Source: a virus (taxonomy: Duplodnaviria; Caudoviricetes). From it: 64,000 nucleotides of DNA. The notes below the pieces were generated by a model. That model made no database searches, had not been told where the DNA came from, and saw only the letters and a list, made by a program, of their open reading frames with translations. The translations under genes and the position numbers were made by a program. Positions 59,385-64,000 of the stretch are shown here, one piece after another. The stretch lies in the IMG/VR virus record IMGVR_UViG_2832249651_000002, positions 11,383 through 75,382 of that record. One strand, 5' to 3'. How positions within the stretch are numbered: the first letter of the stretch is position 1; every line of letters begins with the position of its first letter.

Positions 59385-59918
59385 TTATTTATTATCATAT
59401 TTAGCCCATCTAGTATTTTTAAACATTTCATATAGTGTCTTATTGATCCATCTACCTCTATATTGAATGTAGGGATTGAAGAAGTACTTAGTTTTATGGT
59501 TAGTAATGTTTTGAGCTATAATTCCTCTATCTATTAATGTCTTTATAGAATTGTCAGTGGTCTTTTGGGTTAATCCTAAATTTATGGAAATCCATTCTTT
59601 ATTTATTGGTTGGTTATTTCCAAATGCTATTAAGCCACTTTTATAGTGTGTATTTGAAATCATAAGTAACAATATTCTATATTCTGATGCAGTAAGTTTT
59701 TCGTTAGCTAGTTGCTTAGATGCAAATTCACTTAGCATAGAGAACTTTTTATCTTGACCAAAATTATAGATTTTATCTTCCTCTAGATCTGCTCCATGTT
59801 GTTTAGAGAATGAAATTTGCTTTTTCCTTATAATTCTATCGCCTTCAAATAATTCTTTTTCAATTTCTCCAGTTTCAGCATGAACTATATAACTAATAGG
59901 TTGTTGAGTATTCTCCAA
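59385..59918 (-). CDS. RepL-like winged-HTH replication/maintenance protein
   Basis: ETGEI, LT.SE..ILL, L.L...T....IK.LI..GII, YFFNP....RG. Confidence 0.7.
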   Translation of the reverse strand: MENTQQPISYIVHAETGEIEKELFEGDRIIRKKQISFSKQHGADLEEDKIYNFGQDKKFSMLSEFASKQLANEKLTASEYRILLLMISNTHYKSGLIAFGNNQPINKEWISINLGLTQKTTDNSIKTLIDRGIIAQNITNHKTKYFFNPYIQYRGRWINKTLYEMFKNTRWAKYDNK

Positions 59919-61047
59919 GCAAATCACCTCTTTAAAGCTATGGAAAAAATTTTCCACGTGTAAAAACTCTGAAATCGTTGAAATTTCAATTAGAACTACT
60001 ATTCCAATGCGACTTTGGCCCTTTTATATAATGTAATGAGCTGATAAAACAAAAACACCCCTTTTTCAAGAGATGTTTTAAAATATTTATCAATATACAG
60101 ATATATTCATTTTAATTATATCACAGTTCAGAAACTCATATAGTATCAAAATGGTATCAAAATCGCCTGAAAATGTATAAGAAATGTATTAAAAACGTAT
60201 TGAAAAAGCATAAACTGCATATTCGTTAGCTTATACGCATACGTGTACGCTGGACAATCGCATATCACGAATAGAGCATTGTGCATTTTACTACTTTTGG
60301 CTACAGTTTTATGATATATATAGGATTCAAATGATGATAATAAAATATTCATAGAATATTTTCATGTAACATTATAAGTAACATGATGTGAATTTTGATG
60401 TTTTTTATGATGAATTTTTTATGATTTTTCTATGATGTTTTGAACTTTTCTGGCCTTATAGGAAGGGAATATTTTTTCTAGAGGTAACTCTCCGGGCCGA
60501 GGTGCAATGGTCCCCCCACGGGTCGGCGAAAATATATCAAATAGGGCAGATATAGCATAAAAAGAGAGTAAAATGCACATGAAAAAGGTTTGTGCAAGCA
60601 TTGGAAACAGTGATGTATAGAATATAATGCTTAAAATGCATAAATTCGCTAATATATTTGATTAATTCATCAATTATTAGTCACAAAACAGTAATTTTAT
60701 GACTAATCTTTAAGTATAGTAATTGATGGGGAATAGAAGGTTAAAGTGATAAGGTATAGTATAGGATATATGGAAAGTATTGGAATATATATTACATGAA
60801 AAGGGTTTATTTAGGGGCGATGATACTGTTATATATGAGGTATAACAAACATAACAATATAATTACAGTATTAAATTAAACATATATAGACGTATAGCAG
60901 AAGTACATACACAATACACTATAGATATACTCAAATAGATTAATAATGATAGATAAAGCAAACTAATTAATATTAAAATAATTTATATAACATAGTAATT
61001 ACAATGGTTACGGAGAATAAAAGATATAAAATAATTGAACAAATCTA

Positions 61048-61076
61048 TTGACATACGTATAAATACGTGCTATAAT
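61048..61076 (+). promoter_or_regulatory. Consensus sigma-A promoter of hicAB with palindromic operator
   Basis: TTGACA-17 bp-TATAAT; spacer holds ACGTAT-aa-ATACGT. Confidence 0.85.
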
Positions 61077-61106
61077 AAGTTATAGATATAAAAGAGGTGG
61101 CGATAG

Positions 61107-61292
61107 ATGAAATATAGCGAATTAAAGAAATACTTAAAGAAAAATGGTTGTAATTTTGTTCGTAATGGAGCAAATCATGAAATTTGGTACAGTGAAAAGA
61201 CGAACAAAGAATTCCCAGTCGGGCGACATAATTCAAAGGAAGTAGCATCTGGCACTCTTAAAGCAATATTAAAGCAGGCAGGACTTGAATAG
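61107..61292 (+). CDS. hicA: HicA toxin
   Basis: ELKKYLKKNGC..R.GANHEIW..VGRH..EV..GTLKAILKQAG. Confidence 0.9.
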   Translation: MKYSELKKYLKKNGCNFVRNGANHEIWYSEKTNKEFPVGRHNSKEVASGTLKAILKQAGLE

Positions 61293-61337
61293 AGTCCTTC
61301 TTGCTATTACAAATATATAAAGATAAAATATAAGGAG

Positions 61338-61745
61338 ATGAATAATATGGCTAAATACGTATATCCTGCTATTTTCTCAAAAGAGGAAAATGGATTGTAT
61401 TCAATAGTCTTTCCTGATTTTGAGGCATGTTTTACTCAAGGTGACGATATTCAAGATGGGTTATTTATGGCGAATGATGTACTATGCTTAACTCTATATG
61501 ATATGGAAGAAAATAAAAAGGAGATTCCAACTCCATCAGACCCATTAAAAATCAAAGTTGAAAATAATGAATTTGTCACATTAGTGAGTTGTGATACTCT
61601 AGAATATCGTAAGTTCTATGATAATAAAGCTGTAAAGAAAACATTAACGATTCCGTCATGGTTGAATACGATGGCAGAGAGAGAAGAGATTAACTTCTCA
61701 CAATTGTTACAAGAAGCGTTAAAAGACAGATTACAAATACAATAA
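61338..61745 (+). CDS. hicB: HicB antitoxin
   Basis: YPAIF..FPDF..CFTQGD..KKTLTIP.WLN..INFSQLLQ.AL. Confidence 0.92.
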   Translation: MNNMAKYVYPAIFSKEENGLYSIVFPDFEACFTQGDDIQDGLFMANDVLCLTLYDMEENKKEIPTPSDPLKIKVENNEFVTLVSCDTLEYRKFYDNKAVKKTLTIPSWLNTMAEREEINFSQLLQEALKDRLQIQ

Positions 61746-61844
61746 TATAGGTAAAAAGGAAGAGCAGGAAGAATTAAGACAAAAGTATTATAGAAGATAA
61801 GCACTATAGCAAATTAACATAATCTATCAGAAGAGAGTATCAAC

Positions 61845-61873
61845 AAAATCCTAGAGTAAAATCTAGGGTTTTT
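61845..61873 (+). terminator. Intrinsic terminator after hicAB
   Basis: aatcctaga/tctagggtt followed by T run. Confidence 0.65.
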
Positions 61874-61989
61874 AATTGTACCTAGATTACAGAAATATTA
61901 AAATTAGGATGAAAAATATAATATCATGCAGTAAAATAGAAAATTATGTATAATAGATATGATGGGTATATAAAACAAGGGGGATAAAT

Positions 61990-62676
61990 ATGAGCTTAAT
62001 GAGAAGTCAAAAGAATTCACTATTAGAAGAAATTAAAGAATCGGCACTAAATCCTTTTAATTTTGATTGGGATAACGAGATAGATGAGAATACAGATTTG
62101 CTATTAGAAGTATTAAAATATAAGGGAACCGAATATTATTTTGCCATAGTAGTGGATGATGATATTTTTAGGGTTGGCTACACTCCAGGAGAAAACATGT
62201 TATATGAAAGAACTGAGTATGATGAATGGGAAGAGATTTTATACTATTTCAGAAATTGGTTAAGTTGCCTAAAAAGAGAAATATCTCAACCAGATTTATG
62301 GGAAGAGTTAGAGAAAATCAAAATGGATGATTTAATACCAGAATTAGATGGACTTGAGTTTGAAGATAAATATGAAAGAGAAGAGTTTTCTTATAGAGAA
62401 GTAATGCAAATAGAACAAGGTATCAATGATATTAGAAATTATTTAGTTGAAACTTCTAATGGAAATGATGAAGAGATTAAAATTATTAATCAAAAGTTAG
62501 ATTATTTGACAGATGCAGTTAAAAGAATGGGAAGAACAGACTGGAAAAATATATTTATTGGTGTAATGATTGATATTGGAATCAATATAATTTCAAATCC
62601 AGTACAAAGGCAAAAAATTGGACAAATGATACAAAATATGTTTTCTGGAATTGTAAAGCTAATATCTATTCCATAA
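61990..62676 (+). CDS. Acidic hypothetical moron protein
   Basis: RBS AAGGGGG; upstream TATAAT; L.YL.DA.KR.GR.DWK. Confidence 0.7.
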   Translation: MSLMRSQKNSLLEEIKESALNPFNFDWDNEIDENTDLLLEVLKYKGTEYYFAIVVDDDIFRVGYTPGENMLYERTEYDEWEEILYYFRNWLSCLKREISQPDLWEELEKIKMDDLIPELDGLEFEDKYEREEFSYREVMQIEQGINDIRNYLVETSNGNDEEIKIINQKLDYLTDAVKRMGRTDWKNIFIGVMIDIGINIISNPVQRQKIGQMIQNMFSGIVKLISIP

Positions 62677-62689
62677 GGAGGAAAGTAAT

Positions 62690-63268
62690 TTGTTTGATAA
62701 AATAAATTTAAAAGAAGTTTTTTCTTTACCATTTAGAATATATTTCTCTGTGCTAGTTGGATTAGGATTGTTATTATTTTTACCTTCTGGAATAATAGGC
62801 AAGCTATATCTTGATGAATTTTTAAATAAGTATGGTATTTATGTAGGCTTTGCATTTATCATTCTTTTTTCAATAGTAGTATTTTCTATTATAGGTAAGA
62901 TCTTTATATTAATTAAAAATAAATACTCGAATTACAAATTTAATAGAAATAAAGATAAGGTTTTGGAAGGCTTAAATCCTAATGAAAAAGCTATTTTGTA
63001 TCTATTCTATAAAAGCGAAACTAATACATTATATTTGCCATATAATGATGGTTTAGTTGCTAAGTTAAGAAGTTTTTTTATTATTACTCCTACAACCAAC
63101 TCTATAATTACTGGGAATTTAAATAATCCTAGATTCCCATTTATGATGCAGCCTTGGGTTCATGGTTATATAGACAAAAACTACAATGAGTATTTTAAAG
63201 GAATTGATTTAAATGAAGAAGAATTATATGGTATTTTACAAAACTTTTCGACTTCTGAATTATATTAA
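62690..63268 (+). CDS. Superinfection exclusion B (SieB)-like membrane protein
   Basis: 2 TM (LLFLP..Y..Y.G..F), L..L...EKAIL..F, V..L....II, QPW. Confidence 0.7.
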   Translation: MFDKINLKEVFSLPFRIYFSVLVGLGLLLFLPSGIIGKLYLDEFLNKYGIYVGFAFIILFSIVVFSIIGKIFILIKNKYSNYKFNRNKDKVLEGLNPNEKAILYLFYKSETNTLYLPYNDGLVAKLRSFFIITPTTNSIITGNLNNPRFPFMMQPWVHGYIDKNYNEYFKGIDLNEEELYGILQNFSTSELY

Positions 63269-63527
63269 TATTGAATAACTAAATTTTTCTTCATTATATA
63301 ATATAATAAATAGATTAAGGACCAAGTAAGGTCCTATTCCTTTTGCTTTCAAAAAAACGTCAAATAATTTTATCTATGAGTATAACAAAAATTTTATTAA
63401 ACATCTTAAATCTAGTACTTAAGGGTAAAAGAAACTTATTGGCAGAAGAATATTTCTTTATGTGCAAAGCATTAGAAGTTTCACTTGATGCTATTTTTAA
63501 GTGATGAAGATGAATGGGGGGCAATCG

Positions 63528-63832
63528 TGACTAAATTGTTTACTCAACGAGACTTAGCAGAAAGATGGCAAGTAGATGTAACTACTATAACAAATTGGAG
63601 AAAAGATGGAATATTAATTCCGTGCAAAGGCATTCCTTCCATAAGGTTCACAGAGCAGCACATTTTAGAATTGGAAGGAGTTAAATTGGAAAAGGTATCT
63701 CCATTGATGTATCAAAAGCTGGAAAGGGAGTTAGAGGAACTAAAATTACAAAATGAAGAGCTAAAAGAAATATTAAGTAACATTTTAGCAGAAAGTAGCA
63801 AGGTTATTAATTTAATAAAAGAGGTGAATTAA
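63528..63832 (+). CDS. MerR-like HTH plus coiled-coil protein
   Basis: TQRDLAERWQV...TITNWRKDG; GTG start after GGGGG. Confidence 0.7.
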
Positions 63833-64000
63833 ATGAAGAAAAAGTACGATGCAACGTATAAACTGGGAGATGCGATTGTTCATGTAGTAGCTCCACCACC
63901 AATGACAGAAGAAGAAAATGAGAGAATACTTAGCGAATTTCACCAAGCGGGCTATGAGATTTGGAAAAATCTAAGTGCAGAAGAAAAATTAAGACTCTAG
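63833..64000 (+). CDS. Hypothetical protein (55 aa)
   Basis: RBS GAGGTG; VHVVAPPP.TEEE; ends at TAG 63998-64000. Confidence 0.6.
   Translation: MKKKYDATYKLGDAIVHVVAPPPMTEEENERILSEFHQAGYEIWKNLSAEEKLRL

Larger units (their letters stand above)
1..64000. mobile_element. Temperate siphovirus-like phage/prophage (extends beyond both window edges)
   Basis: Contiguous replication, terminase-portal-capsid-tail-tape measure and lysis modules; no host housekeeping genes seen. Confidence 0.95.

Noticed and set aside
60146-60601. ORFs 60146-60352 and 60419-60601
   Set aside because: No RBS and atypical composition; the region looks regulatory
2214-62732. Numerous short ORFs antisense to or nested in the main genes (e.g. 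2214-2414, 18046-18495, 27815-28234, 42847-43200, 56261-56665)
   Set aside because: Shadow frames opposite well-supported genes; no RBS or recognisable motifs
1-64000. CRISPR array, diversity-generating retroelement, retron or invertible shufflon
   Set aside because: No regularly spaced repeats, reverse transcriptase motif, template/variable repeat pair or invertase seen by eye

Overview
The whole window is one AT-rich temperate siphovirus-type phage or prophage of a spore-forming Firmicute; the host is probably Clostridia/Tissierellia-like (inferred). Positions 1-21.7 kb (+) are an early operon: RecT-like C-terminus, MBL nuclease, replisome organizer with internal iterons, DnaC-like loader, SSB, a SpoIIID homolog, a SigF/G-like sigma factor, MazG, SNF2 helicase, two DNA methyltransferases and two PAPS-reductase-family proteins. 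Positions 21.8-25 kb (+) are a moron cluster. Positions 25-60 kb (-) are the late operon: terminase, portal, head, tail, tape measure, lysis, two tail-fibre cassettes, Dit and Tal. Its leader region carries tRNA-Ser/Tyr/Trp, an ERCC4 nuclease, a dual-specificity phosphatase and a PemK/MazF-Schlafen(AlbA_2) fusion. Positions 61-64 kb (+) hold hicAB, a SieB-like gene and HTH genes. No integrase or repressor is visible in the window. About ten genes carry 1-bp indels that look like sequencing errors. The best novelty candidate is the antitoxin-less PemK-Schlafen double-RNase moron directly upstream of phage tRNAs. Other candidates are several structured non-coding RNAs, a Com-like zinc ribbon with GAGCC repeats at the terminase RBS, and the phage sporulation regulators. 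All family calls come from motif recognition by eye; no searches were run.
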